Shown here: positions 1-9,677 of the stretch, one piece after another
Layout of the letters: the number at the start of each line of letters is the position of its first letter
Numbering within the stretch: the stretch's first letter is position 1
Assembly: GCA_038063415.1 (NCBI GenBank)
Contig: JBBTVD010000009.1
Location: 15,430-79,429 of the forward strand
DNA from: Patescibacteria group bacterium
GTDB lineage: Bacteria; Patescibacteriota; Microgenomatia; Levybacterales; UBA12049
Length of the DNA: 64,000 bases
Direction: 5' to 3'
Notes under the pieces: model-generated
The model's input: only the letters and a program-made list of their open reading frames with translations
Databases searched by the model: none
What the model was told of the DNA's origin: nothing
Translations under genes and position numbers: made by a program

Positions 1-42
1 CTTTTACAGTAAAAAATAAGAGTAATAGGATAGCTGCTTCTG

Positions 43-1089
43 TCATACTAATTGCCAATCGTCCACAAATTCTGTATCTTTTTTTCTTCTTTCCTCTTTT
101 GCCATAGGGTGGAGCTCTATCGCTGGAGAATACCTGCTTGCCGTGACAGTTCTGCCCAATGCTTCTGCCATTGCCCGTGTGTATGCTGGTGTATTTCCAC
201 AACATCCTCCGATGTAGTTAACTCCAATTTGCTTTGCTTTTTTTGCAAAAGCAGCCATTGCAAATCTATCTAGCTGAAATGGTTCAAGAGCAATAGGATA
301 GGCACCTTTACCGTTTTGTTGCATTGATTCAAAGGTAAGATATTTTTGTGACGTTCTAAATGGAACAGGCTGCATTGCCACGGAGCAGCTTACTTGTTGT
401 CGTATTTTCTCGATAATTGGAAACATTGTTGCCGGACCCCTATCACAATTAAGACCGACAATATCTGCACCATTAGCTTCCAAAATTTTGCAGGCTTCAA
501 CATAATCGTACCCATCACGGGTTTTATCTTTTTGGACACTTGCCAATGTTACCATTGCTGGAAGTCCAAACTCTTTAATCACTTCCAGTGCAATAAGTGC
601 TTCCTCAAGAAAATCATTTGTCTCAGAAATCACAAAATCAACGCCTTCTTCGGAAGCCCACTTGAGCTGTTCTTGATACATCTTACGAACGATTTTTGTA
701 GAGGCTTCTTTATTACTTGAATCATACATCCAGGTATTGCTGATATTTCCTGCAACTAACCCGCCATATTCTTTAGCTGTTTTGTTAGCAATTCGAACTG
801 CCTGTCTATTAAGTTTTTCTAGTTCATTTTCTCTTCCAAGCGTTTGGAGCTGATTCCTGCTGGCATAGTAAGTGAGTGCGACCATTACTTCTGACCCCGC
901 TCGATAAAACTCTCTGTGTAGTTCTGTGACGGCTTCTGGAAAGTCTAGGACCACCTCTGGTATATATGGGCCCGCTTTAATATATCCTCGTTTTTCTAAT
1001 TCAAAAACATACCCTTCCGCTCCTAGCACAATATCCTTTTCAAGCCGTTCTAAAATGCCTACTTTGTTTACTTTTATTTGCTTTTTCAT
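43..1089 (-). CDS. betaine/homocysteine S-methyltransferase (BHMT-like; GGCCGTTP zinc/homocysteine-binding motif)
   Basis: 348-aa ORF. N-terminus (ILERL..GAEGYVFELEKRGY.KAGP..PE.V...PEAV..LHREF.RAGS.VM...TYYAS) closely follows the BHMT/homocysteine S-methyltransferase domain. C-terminal GGCCGTTP matches the Cys-rich Zn site of the family. Confidence 0.75.
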   Translation of the reverse strand: MKKQIKVNKVGILERLEKDIVLGAEGYVFELEKRGYIKAGPYIPEVVLDFPEAVTELHREFYRAGSEVMVALTYYASRNQLQTLGRENELEKLNRQAVRIANKTAKEYGGLVAGNISNTWMYDSSNKEASTKIVRKMYQEQLKWASEEGVDFVISETNDFLEEALIALEVIKEFGLPAMVTLASVQKDKTRDGYDYVEACKILEANGADIVGLNCDRGPATMFPIIEKIRQQVSCSVAMQPVPFRTSQKYLTFESMQQNGKGAYPIALEPFQLDRFAMAAFAKKAKQIGVNYIGGCCGNTPAYTRAMAEALGRTVTASRYSPAIELHPMAKEERRKKDTEFVDDWQLV

Positions 1090-1090
1090 A

Positions 1091-2248
1091 TTATTTTACA
1101 AACCTTTCGGGCGAGAATTGCTGTATGTTGTAGACTGTGCCATTTTGCAGTGCTAATTGTGCAAGGATCTTCCCGATAAGCGGAGCAAATTTATATCCTG
1201 TTCCTCGCCAGCCTGTCCCGACAGAAATATTTTGATAGTTTGGAAGTTTACCAAGAATAAAATTATCATCGCTTACTAAATCGTAATAACATTGATCTGC
1301 GTCCATAACTTTTTCTGAGCGGACATTTTTTAATGCTGGTAAACATTCGTTAATAAAATCATTAATTGATGTAATGCTGCTTTTCTTTTTATTAAAATCT
1401 GGTGGATTATAATAACCAATTTTTACTGCACCTTTTTCCTTATCAAAAATAGGGTGGCCGTAGATGCCAATATCCAGGTAAGCAAAGACAGGAAAGTGCT
1501 CTGGCATAAATAATGATTGTTGGTTCTTATTAGGGTAAAAATATTTGCATTCTTGTGGTTTATCAGGGGTAATAGGGAAGGAGAGGGTGTTCTTTTTGAG
1601 TAACCCCAGTACGTCATTTGCCCATCTTCCGGCTGTTATGACAACCTTTTTGCTTGTTAGTAGTTCTTCTGTTGTTGTTATGCAAACCTCTTTAGCTGTT
1701 TCTTCTACATTAATAATTTCAGTAATTTCTTTTATCTGCACATTTCTTTCTTTTAGTATTTGGAGCAAGAGATCAGTTATCGGTGGCAGATAAAGAAATC
1801 CTGCTTTAACATCAAGATAGGCCATGTCTACCTCAAATTGCGGGAAACGTTTCTGTAATGCTTTTGTACCAAATTTTTTTGTGGCAAATTTAAGATTTTT
1901 TATATTTTGGAAGCTTTGCTCTGCATACGTTTCTTTCATATTTGGAGTGATTGATTTCTTTGCGAGATTGAGACAACCACAATCGATAAAGAATTTCTCC
2001 TTAGACTTTGCTTCGAGCTCTTTCCAAAGTAGCTGTGCTTCATACGACATTGTTGCATAGAGAGGATCTAGATAATCGTTACGGATTGATCGTGTGAAAC
2101 TAAATGACGAAGCTTCTTTATTGTCGCTGCCAATAACTCGTTTTTCAATAATCGTAATGTTCTTCACAAAACGAGACGCATAATACGCAGTCATAAGTCC
2201 CATGATGCCACCACCAATAATTACTAAATCTTGTTGTTTATTTTTCAT
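1091..2248 (-). CDS. FAD-dependent oxidase, monomeric sarcosine oxidase / N-methyltryptophan oxidase (MSOX/MTOX, DAO) family
   Basis: 385 aa. N-terminal dinucleotide-binding motif DLVIIGGGIMGLMTAYY. The region RSIRNDYLDPLYATMSYEAQLLWKELE resembles the MSOX AYGEG..Y..LA..S..LW.ELE block. Its stop overlaps the downstream BHMT-like gene by 1 nt. Confidence 0.7.
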   Translation of the reverse strand: MKNKQQDLVIIGGGIMGLMTAYYASRFVKNITIIEKRVIGSDNKEASSFSFTRSIRNDYLDPLYATMSYEAQLLWKELEAKSKEKFFIDCGCLNLAKKSITPNMKETYAEQSFQNIKNLKFATKKFGTKALQKRFPQFEVDMAYLDVKAGFLYLPPITDLLLQILKERNVQIKEITEIINVEETAKEVCITTTEELLTSKKVVITAGRWANDVLGLLKKNTLSFPITPDKPQECKYFYPNKNQQSLFMPEHFPVFAYLDIGIYGHPIFDKEKGAVKIGYYNPPDFNKKKSSITSINDFINECLPALKNVRSEKVMDADQCYYDLVSDDNFILGKLPNYQNISVGTGWRGTGYKFAPLIGKILAQLALQNGTVYNIQQFSPERFVK

Positions 2249-3759
2249 AATAATTTTCTCACCTCATCATAGTCTTTCTGGTTATAAATGGCATAAGGTT
2301 CTTTATAATAATATGCCCATTCACGGTCACCATACGAGAAATGCCACCATTCACCATCAAAAGGAGAAAAACCTACATCAGTTAGTAATTGCCTTAAAAG
2401 CATACGGTTATTAGATGCTTCAGATGAAATAGAGTCAGTAAAAACATAACAGTCTTTTATCAAATAGTCATATTGTTTTGATCCAAAATCTAGTATCTTA
2501 TTTGTTTTTTCATCTTTGATAACGATGTCAATTGCGCCACCTGTTGGATGTCCTGCAACAGTAGGTACGGCAATAAAGCGGTGAACCTCTTCGTACATAT
2601 CGATAGGATTTTCAAAAAATGAATCAATATTTTTTAACTCTTGAAGAAATTTCCTCTTCTGTATTTCGAGGTTTCTATATCCATATGTAATAACAAGTGT
2701 ATAATTTTTATTTACTTTTTTAAGCTGTTTCTGGGCTTGTAGCAGCATGTTATAGATTTTTTCACGTACGATGATCTGTGAACCAGTGATACTTTTCATA
2801 TCATCCATTCCTGGCATGTATTCAGTAGAAATTTGATCCTGATCTATCTTTATCCAGCCATCTTTGTTATCTTTGGTTTTAATTGGCTGCAAATCTTGAT
2901 ACCGAACCATTGTTTTCTCTAAGTCCCGAGTATTTTTTGGTAATCTTTTAATTGGTCCACTTATTTCAGCATACCCAAAGTTCTTTTTATCAAAGAAAAC
3001 GGATGCCTTAATGACTAACCCTGATGGTTGAATAACTGCAAGTTCTGTAATAGATTTACCGGTTTTCAGGGCTTCAACCATTGTTACCGCCATACTTCCA
3101 CTTCCACAGGCTGTTTCAAAAAAAGTTGTTTGGATCTCTCGTACATACACAATCGGAGCAATTGTATAGCTATCGCCTTCTTTTTGAGCAAAAATATATC
3201 CTACAGCTTGGGCTTGATCATAACCAAGTTTTTTAATTTCTTTCAGCCCTTTATCTTTAATTTGCTCAGAGGTAAGCCCTTGAATAGAAGAAGAAAAGTC
3301 TACATAGTGAACAATCCCTTCCATTTCAACGATAAAGTTCCCAGAATATTTTTGATCTGACATGATCTTTTTGGGATCAGCAAAGATTGGGATTTGCGCA
3401 TAAGCTTCGCCATCTGATCTTATGCCAGCTTTTAGTTTTTTATTTACACCCGAAACCTTAATTAAGATATCTCCTGGTTTGCCCTCAAGTATTTCGTACG
3501 CTGCGCATCGAGTAGCATTTGCACAAAATTCTTCTCCTGCCATTATCAGTTCAGCCTTATTTGCATCATTATTTATAAAGCCGACTTGTTCAACGTTTGG
3601 ATATTCATCCAATATCAAATCATTAATTTCTCTCCGTTTTTTGTCAGAATAAACTATACCTAAAATAAGGGCGGTGTCATTTTCTCCTGGTCTTAGAAGA
3701 GAAGCTATTGCTGTTGTTGATTGTTGGTTATTTTTCATCTTTCTCCTTTCCTGCGACAA
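2245..3759 (-). CDS. fusion protein: N-terminal DapF-like two-cysteine epimerase/racemase fold plus C-terminal VanX-like D-Ala-D-Ala dipeptidase (peptidase M15D)
   Basis: The N-terminal half has FCANATRCAAYE and ETACGSGSMAV blocks like the two catalytic-Cys regions of diaminopimelate epimerase. The C-terminal half has the HPTGGAIDIV (H-x-x-G-x-A-x-D) and EWWHF motifs of VanX-type zinc dipeptidases. The track ORF starts at a TTG (3759); the more likely start is the ATG at 3738, preceded by an AGGAGA-like RBS. Confidence 0.6.
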   Translation of the reverse strand: MSQERRKMKNNQQSTTAIASLLRPGENDTALILGIVYSDKKRREINDLILDEYPNVEQVGFINNDANKAELIMAGEEFCANATRCAAYEILEGKPGDILIKVSGVNKKLKAGIRSDGEAYAQIPIFADPKKIMSDQKYSGNFIVEMEGIVHYVDFSSSIQGLTSEQIKDKGLKEIKKLGYDQAQAVGYIFAQKEGDSYTIAPIVYVREIQTTFFETACGSGSMAVTMVEALKTGKSITELAVIQPSGLVIKASVFFDKKNFGYAEISGPIKRLPKNTRDLEKTMVRYQDLQPIKTKDNKDGWIKIDQDQISTEYMPGMDDMKSITGSQIIVREKIYNMLLQAQKQLKKVNKNYTLVITYGYRNLEIQKRKFLQELKNIDSFFENPIDMYEEVHRFIAVPTVAGHPTGGAIDIVIKDEKTNKILDFGSKQYDYLIKDCYVFTDSISSEASNNRMLLRQLLTDVGFSPFDGEWWHFSYGDREWAYYYKEPYAIYNQKDYDEVRKLL

Positions 3760-3883
3760 AACCGACGTAAGCCCCCGTAGATACTTGTAAAGCTTTCAGT
3801 GCTACTTCTTGTCCGATAGAAGGACTAATGGTATTTGTTATTGTTTCTTTCATAATTATCTCCCTGCCTGCCGGCAGGCAGGC

Positions 3884-3912
3884 ATAAAAAAACCGCCCTT
3901 GTCGGCGGTTTG
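3884..3912 (-). terminator. rho-independent terminator-like hairpin (stem CCGCC/GGCGG) with T-tract on the minus strand, downstream of the yerC-like gene; an adjacent palindrome GCCTGCCGGCAGGC lies at about 3866-3880
   Basis: aaccgcccttgtcggcggtt hairpin flanked by A7 on plus (= T7 on minus) and a T-rich run on plus, so it is potentially bidirectional. Confidence 0.45.
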
Positions 3913-4016
3913 ATTCTTCTTGTTTTTACACACAAAATCACACCACCGAAAGAGGCGTGTGATGATGGTTTTGTGCATTTATGTTACTTTTTTTCATAGT
4001 GTTGCAAATAAAATTT

Positions 4017-4077
4017 GTCATTCCTGCGGAAGCAGGAATCCAGAATATTGTGGATCCCGGATCATGTCCGGGATGAC
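4017..4077. repeat. palindromic MITE/REP-like element, subfamily B (GTCATTCCTGC..GCAGGAATC hairpin plus GGATCCCGG..CCGGGATGAC hairpin)
   Basis: Two adjacent stem-loops with GTCAT...ATGAC termini. It is near-identical in architecture to the copy at 20720-20806 and lies 8 bp from the stop of the yerC-like gene. Confidence 0.7.
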
Positions 4078-4084
4078 AGTTAAT

Positions 4085-4372
4085 TTATATTCCCTTTTGT
4101 TTCTTTAGGACAAGACGATAACCACCTTTGCCTTCAGTTAACCATTTATTAATTCTTGCAATCGTTGTACTGCTCATGCCTGTTTCTTTTTCTATCGTTT
4201 GATAGGGGATCTTTTGATCCAGCATCTGGGCGACTCGCCAACGATTCGCAAATTCTTTAATTTCAGCCTCAGTAAGCAGATCCCGCAAGAACTTTTTACA
4301 TTCGTCTTCTGTCTCAAGAGAAAGAATTGCTTTATATAATTCTTTGCCAATTTTTTCAGAAAAGGTAAGCAT
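4085..4372 (-). CDS. TrpR-like YerC/YecD family small DNA-binding protein
   Basis: 95 aa. The characteristic YerC/YecD block ...LLTEAEIKEFANRWRVAQML..KIPYQTIEKETGMSSTTIARINKWL... is a TrpR-type HTH. Confidence 0.7.
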   Translation of the reverse strand: MLTFSEKIGKELYKAILSLETEDECKKFLRDLLTEAEIKEFANRWRVAQMLDQKIPYQTIEKETGMSSTTIARINKWLTEGKGGYRLVLKKQKGI

Positions 4373-4429
4373 ACTTTACTAAGATAAAGTGATTATATCG
4401 CTTTACTTTGGTAAAGTCAAGGATCTATT

Positions 4430-5320
4430 CTATTTCGTTACAGGTTGTTTGGGAGCAAGTGCAGCTGCAGTAGCTTGTAGTACTGCAATCGTTAATGCTT
4501 TTAGTGCACCAAGAAGTGTTATTTTTGATGTTAGTTCTGTTCGTTCATCTTCAGTCATTGCAGCTCCTTTATTCATGATTCCTTGTATCCTATCATTTAT
4601 TCCCCTCATTTGTCCGTCTACTGCTGTAGAGAATTCTTTAGGACCTTTACTAATTGCTATGGCAAGTGTTCCATTTGGATTTGCCAAAAAATAATCTATT
4701 ACTTTTTGTTTCTCGCTTGCAGAAAGATACGGATTCAATCCTTTGGCTTCTAATTCTTTTTCCACAACTCCCTTGATGTGCCGCTGTTCAGCAGTTAGTT
4801 CTTTTGGAGCAGGCTCCCCAGGTTTAGGATTTTCTCCCGTCTGTAGATATCTTTCAGCTTCTTCAGCAAGCTCTTCAGCTTGCGGAGAGGTCTGTGTCTG
4901 TTCATCGGTAATAGATCCTTCCTTTGTGGATTGAGGTGAAGCGTTATTGTTCTCTGTATCTTTTATTCTTTGTAATGCTACAGTTGTTTCATCTTTGGTT
5001 AGTTCTCCTTTCCTGAAAGCCGCAAAAACATCGTCTTCTGTCTGAAAGTCGGGTTTACTATTCTTATTTTCTGAGGTTACTGGCGAATTATCCGTCTCTT
5101 GTTTTCCTGAAGACGGAGCCTGTTCAGATTCCGGATTTTTCTGATTAAAGTCACCTTTCGCGAGAGATTCGAGTATTTCCCCTGGAGGAGTGCCTAATGT
5201 GGCTGCTTGATCTAATGCATTGCTTACAGCTGCATTTTCATTAGAGGCCTTTTTAGGAGTTTCCTCGTGACTAGGTAATTCAGGTGTGGGTTGCTGTGAA
5301 CCTCCTTCAGGTCCTGACAT
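4430..5320 (-). CDS. hypothetical low-complexity (E/Q/T/P-rich) protein
   Basis: 296-aa ORF with consistent coding frame; the acidic, compositionally biased N-terminal two-thirds and C-terminal approx 100 aa look alpha-helical. No recognisable domain. Confidence 0.4.
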   Translation of the reverse strand: MSGPEGGSQQPTPELPSHEETPKKASNENAAVSNALDQAATLGTPPGEILESLAKGDFNQKNPESEQAPSSGKQETDNSPVTSENKNSKPDFQTEDDVFAAFRKGELTKDETTVALQRIKDTENNNASPQSTKEGSITDEQTQTSPQAEELAEEAERYLQTGENPKPGEPAPKELTAEQRHIKGVVEKELEAKGLNPYLSASEKQKVIDYFLANPNGTLAIAISKGPKEFSTAVDGQMRGINDRIQGIMNKGAAMTEDERTELTSKITLLGALKALTIAVLQATAAALAPKQPVTK

Positions 5321-5421
5321 CGAAATTTCCTCCCTTCACAATGTTTATTTGTTGTTTAATCACCTCAATATTATACTATAATTTATAGCTCTTTGTACGT
5401 GCCTTTTGATATCAAGATATG

Positions 5422-6519
5422 CTAAATTTCGATGAGATCTTTTGAGGATGTAGTTAACTGAACAAGTTTATTTTTCTGAATAGTAAAGACATCTTCAATT
5501 CGTACTCCAATATCATCTACCAAATAAATCCCTGGTTCAATAGTAAAGACCATATTTTCTTCAAGTAACGTTTCGAGTTGTGCAGAAAAAACGGGTGCTT
5601 CATGGACATCGATACCAATTCCATGACTCATATGTTGGAATGGGGGATAGCCTTTCTCAACAATATAATCACGTCCTACTTGATCAACCTCATTTGCTTT
5701 GATTGATTCATTGAGTAGCAGTTTTTTTTGAATAAATTCGGTAGATTTCTGCAGAGCATCAAGGACTGTCTGATAGACATTTTTGTCATGGAGAGAAGCT
5801 TTACCAAAGAAAACCGTACGGGTCATATCTGAGCAATAGTTAGCAACTTTTGTCCCAACGTCCATCAAAATACAATCTCCATTTTTAACCTTTTGTTTAC
5901 TTGGAACATGGTGTGGAAATGCGGCATTCCCACCAAAGGCAACGATGGTAGAAAACGCTATCTCAGCATCAAGTTTTTTAATGGCAAAATCAATCTCTGC
6001 TGCCAGCATTTTTTCAGTTGTCTTTTCGGTAATCTTTGGAAGTATCTGGGAGAAGACCTGATCTTCTACTTGGCATGCCTCTTGGATTGCTACTATCTCC
6101 TGAGATGTTTTTATCAATCGGAGAGGTGAGACCACGTCAGCCGGAACAAAAAGCTTTTTGCTTAGCATGTTGGTTATATTTTGTAATTCAGCAACTCGTA
6201 GATCAAACGCTTCATAGGCAATCTTTTGTAACTTTTTCTTTTCAACGATTTCAGTAAGGGTCAAGGGTAGGGGGCGTGCTCTGGAAATGGGAAGGAACTG
6301 ATATTCTCCAAGATGCTTTTTTACAGCGTCAGCATACAGAGGGTAGGTCAAAAAAAACTGCTCGTCTTGTGTAATCAAGAGAAATGCGTCACCACGCTCT
6401 TGTAATGTTTTCCCTGCAAATTCTGTCAGGTACACAACATTGGCATATGAAGAAACAAGTACAGCATCAAAAGCGTTTTCTCGAAGGGTAGCTTGAAGCT
6501 TTCGTATTCGTGTTGTCAT
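5422..6519 (-). CDS. Xaa-Pro aminopeptidase / prolidase (peptidase M24B)
   Basis: 365 aa. Has the M24 metal-ligand blocks DVGTKVANYCSDMTRT, HGIGIDVHE and FTIEPGIY...RIED. Confidence 0.8.
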   Translation of the reverse strand: MTTRIRKLQATLRENAFDAVLVSSYANVVYLTEFAGKTLQERGDAFLLITQDEQFFLTYPLYADAVKKHLGEYQFLPISRARPLPLTLTEIVEKKKLQKIAYEAFDLRVAELQNITNMLSKKLFVPADVVSPLRLIKTSQEIVAIQEACQVEDQVFSQILPKITEKTTEKMLAAEIDFAIKKLDAEIAFSTIVAFGGNAAFPHHVPSKQKVKNGDCILMDVGTKVANYCSDMTRTVFFGKASLHDKNVYQTVLDALQKSTEFIQKKLLLNESIKANEVDQVGRDYIVEKGYPPFQHMSHGIGIDVHEAPVFSAQLETLLEENMVFTIEPGIYLVDDIGVRIEDVFTIQKNKLVQLTTSSKDLIEI

Positions 6520-6525
6520 ACGAGA

Positions 6526-7266
6526 TTAATTGGCTGCCGGTGAAGAAGTTTCTGTTTCCAAAGAAATCCCAGGATGAGCTGGCAACTCAGGGAAGAATGT
6601 TAATCTGCTTGTGACAATGAGCGATGGATCTGTCTTGTCTGGGAATCCGATAGCAATAATCCGCTGTCCGACAGTGAGCTTTGAGAAACCAGCTTTAACT
6701 AGATCTTCTGCACTGTACTCATAGATTTTTGTGATCGTGCTGACATCAATTTTCTGCTCTTTGTTCTCAGGAGTCTTAATCGTGATAACAAAGTTTTTCT
6801 TATCAATTGCAGCTATTGCTCCCGTTATGATCGTTGGATCAATAGACAATCTGATAAAACGAGCAAGAAGATGTCTGGACTGTTTATTGTAGAGACCTAA
6901 GGCACTTATTTTGGTTCCTTTTTTAATATCTGAAAGGCCAAATGCTCCAGCTCCTGAGGAAGTGAATTTAGTAAGCTCATCGACATCAATAAAACGTTTT
7001 TTATTTTCGATATCAATAATAGTGATTTGGTTGCCTGATACTTCTTCGACCGTACCTATAATGCCTCTCTTTTCGACAAGGTTAAGTTCAGAAACTCGGG
7101 AAGCTATTTTTTCTTTAAGATTACTAATTTGACTGTCAAGTTTATTACTTGTCGTTTCTCCGGCAGGTTCATTTGTTGGTGCTTGTGCTGCCGCGAAAGT
7201 AGCACTTGGCATGAGAGCTGTAAGTATAAGGGTAACAATAAGAGAAAAATAACGAATGTTTTTCAT
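6526..7266 (-). CDS. secreted hypothetical protein (N-terminal signal peptide)
   Basis: 246 aa. N-terminus MKNIRYFSLIVTLILTALMPSATFAAAQ is a typical Sec signal with an AxA site. No known domain recognised. Confidence 0.5.
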   Translation of the reverse strand: MKNIRYFSLIVTLILTALMPSATFAAAQAPTNEPAGETTSNKLDSQISNLKEKIASRVSELNLVEKRGIIGTVEEVSGNQITIIDIENKKRFIDVDELTKFTSSGAGAFGLSDIKKGTKISALGLYNKQSRHLLARFIRLSIDPTIITGAIAAIDKKNFVITIKTPENKEQKIDVSTITKIYEYSAEDLVKAGFSKLTVGQRIIAIGFPDKTDPSLIVTSRLTFFPELPAHPGISLETETSSPAAN

Positions 7267-7275
7267 AACTATGTT

Positions 7276-7713
7276 TTAAAACGTCTCACTAGTATAGGTA
7301 ACTGTTTTTGCAATTTGTTTTTCTTCACCATTTGGGAAGATAGCAGTAATATAGATAATAGTCGTACCATCGGGGATCGTCTGTGTCAAAGAGAAGCTTC
7401 CATCTGTTGATGGCTTCACGATTTGGTCAACGGCTTCAGCGGTAACAATAACCGTTGCATCGGCTGCTGTTTTACCATTTACCGTAATAATTTTTTTATC
7501 AAAAACCTCTTCCTCTTTTGGAGAATTAATTGTCAAAATATTACCTTTATCTGGAGTAGGTGAGGGGGTTATCTTTGTTTTGGTTGTTGTAATAGGATTA
7601 TCTTCTCCTGCTGGAAGCGTCCTGGTCATCTGGTAAAAGTAAAATGCTCCACCGGCAGCTACCAGACCGACAAGAATAGCAATAAATGAGAGGACAACTT
7701 TTTCTGCTTTCAC
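7276..7713 (-). CDS. membrane-anchored hypothetical protein (single N-terminal TM, T/P-rich linker)
   Basis: 145 aa with N-terminal hydrophobic segment VVLSFIAILVGLVAAGGAFYFY, directly upstream of the secreted protein gene. Confidence 0.45.
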   Translation of the reverse strand: MKAEKVVLSFIAILVGLVAAGGAFYFYQMTRTLPAGEDNPITTTKTKITPSPTPDKGNILTINSPKEEEVFDKKIITVNGKTAADATVIVTAEAVDQIVKPSTDGSFSLTQTIPDGTTIIYITAIFPNGEEKQIAKTVTYTSETF

Positions 7714-7741
7714 AGCGCAATCATACTCAAAAAGCCAACCC

Positions 7742-8284
7742 TTGTCAAGGAAAGATAGCTATGTTAGTATGGTTTACATGGAAATTATTGCATTAGGATC
7801 AGAAGGCGTGCGACTCAAGGGCAAACAAGCAGTTTTTAGCGTCAATGCAACGGACAAAGCAGCAAATGGCACCTTCCTTTTTGCTCCAGCTATGCAAGCT
7901 GTAATCGATAATGAAGATAGTATTGTGCTTAGTGGTCCGGGCGACTATGAACTACGAGGGGTCAAGATTACCGGGATCCGTGGTGGTGATACAACCGTTT
8001 ATAGTATGATTCTTGATGGAGTTTCCATTGCAGTTGGGAATTTGCAAGCAATTCAGTCGTTACAGACCAAACTAAAAGAACAAAATATCATCATTGCGTA
8101 CTGTACGACAGAAGAGAACGCGTCGTTTTTGACATCACTTGCCTCCAATGCCCTTGTCTTTTATGGACCAAAAGCAGCAACGGTAAATCAAGTGTTTCCT
8201 AAAGAGAAATCACAGACCATTGCAAAATATCAAACGACCCTTGAAAAACTCCCACTTGAAATGGAAACAATTGTACTTGAATAG
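7742..8284 (+). CDS. hypothetical protein
   Basis: 180-aa ORF immediately upstream of dnaB on the same strand. No confident domain assignment. Confidence 0.4.
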   Translation: MSRKDSYVSMVYMEIIALGSEGVRLKGKQAVFSVNATDKAANGTFLFAPAMQAVIDNEDSIVLSGPGDYELRGVKITGIRGGDTTVYSMILDGVSIAVGNLQAIQSLQTKLKEQNIIIAYCTTEENASFLTSLASNALVFYGPKAATVNQVFPKEKSQTIAKYQTTLEKLPLEMETIVLE

Positions 8285-8304
8285 TATCAGAGTTGCGATG
8301 CACT

Positions 8305-9642
8305 ATGGCGATTAAAACTCTTCCCCACAATGATGAAGCAGAAAAAAGCGTGCTAGGCGCGATCCTTATTGATAAAAATGCGATTGTAAATGTTTCTGAA
8401 ATTCTCCGTCCTGATGACTTTTATAGCGATATCAATGGTCTAATGTTTGGGGCTATGATGATTCTCTATGAAGAGCGAAAGCCTATTGATCCACTTACGC
8501 TTACCGAGCAACTAAAGAAGAATAAGCAACTAAAACGAATTGATGCCTCATATATAACAGAACTTGTTGAGCAGGTTCCAACTGCCGCAAATGTCATGAC
8601 GTATGCCAATATTGTCAAAGAAGAATCAACCAAACGTGCACTCATTCATGCTGGCGTTGAGATGACAGAGCTTGGGTATGAAGATGATGTTGAAGTAAAG
8701 ACAATCATTGATAAGGCTGAATCCTCAATCTTTGGTATTTCTCAAGGCCACATCACTCGAGGGTTTATCGCGATCAAAGACACGCTGACAGAGAGTTTTG
8801 ACCGAATTGATGAGCTACAAAAGAATGGGGGAGGGATGCGTGGGGTGCAAACAGGGTTTGTCGACTTTGATAGATTACTTTCTGGATTCCAAAAAAGTAA
8901 TTTGATTATCCTCGCAGCTCGTCCGGGGCAAGGAAAAACGGCTTTTATGCTTAATATTGCTCAACATGTAAGCGTCAGAGAAAAACAAGCAGTTGGAATC
9001 TTTTCCCTTGAAATGAGTAAAGAAGAGTTGGTAGATCGTCTGCTTGTAGGACAGTCAGATATTGATGCATGGCGGCTCAAAACAGGGAAGCTTTCTGAAG
9101 ATGATTTCTCAAAGATCTCTGATGCAATGGGACAACTTGCTGAAGCACCTATTTTTATTGATGATACGCCGGGACTTTCGCTGACTGAAATGCGGAGTAA
9201 AGCTCGCAGGCTTCAGATGGAGCATAATCTCTCGCTCTTAGTCGTCGATTATTTGCAGTTGATAGATCCAGGAAGAAAAGTAGAAAGTCGTGTACAGGAA
9301 GTCTCACTCATCTCCAAGGCGTTAAAGAACCTTGCACGTGAATTAAACATCCCTGTTCTTTGCGCATCACAGTTATCCCGTGCAATTGAGCAACGAGGAG
9401 AGAAAAAGCCGCAACTTTCTGACCTTCGTGAATCAGGTTCTATCGAACAAGATGCCGATGCGGTTGCTTTTATCTATCGTCCAGATAGTGATGTGGTGAC
9501 ACCATTAATTCCGACCAAACTTCTTGTTGCCAAACATCGTAACGGAGCAACTGGGGAGATAGACTTACTGTTTCAGGGGAATCGAATTAGATTTCTTAAT
9601 GTAGAAAGAATGCAGGGTGAAGAAGCTATCTCTGCTGCATAG
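8305..9642 (+). CDS. dnaB: replicative DNA helicase DnaB
   Basis: Has the DnaB N-terminal domain (AEKSVLGAILID), Walker A (ARPGQGKTAFMLNIAQ) and RecA-like C-terminal blocks (LLVVDYLQLI, SQLSRAIEQR, ESGSIEQDAD). The track start is a TTG at 8293; the ATG is at 8305. Confidence 0.9.
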   Translation: MAIKTLPHNDEAEKSVLGAILIDKNAIVNVSEILRPDDFYSDINGLMFGAMMILYEERKPIDPLTLTEQLKKNKQLKRIDASYITELVEQVPTAANVMTYANIVKEESTKRALIHAGVEMTELGYEDDVEVKTIIDKAESSIFGISQGHITRGFIAIKDTLTESFDRIDELQKNGGGMRGVQTGFVDFDRLLSGFQKSNLIILAARPGQGKTAFMLNIAQHVSVREKQAVGIFSLEMSKEELVDRLLVGQSDIDAWRLKTGKLSEDDFSKISDAMGQLAEAPIFIDDTPGLSLTEMRSKARRLQMEHNLSLLVVDYLQLIDPGRKVESRVQEVSLISKALKNLARELNIPVLCASQLSRAIEQRGEKKPQLSDLRESGSIEQDADAVAFIYRPDSDVVTPLIPTKLLVAKHRNGATGEIDLLFQGNRIRFLNVERMQGEEAISAA

Positions 9643-9677
9643 ATACGATTAGGGATCTTTTTGATACAATAGAAAGT

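Noticed and set aside
3731-3853. 40-codon minus-strand ORF (MKETITNTISPS...) upstream of the DapF/VanX fusion gene
   Set aside because: It overlaps the RBS and start of the downstream gene and terminates inside it. It more likely represents 5-prime UTR/promoter sequence; there is no supporting signal.
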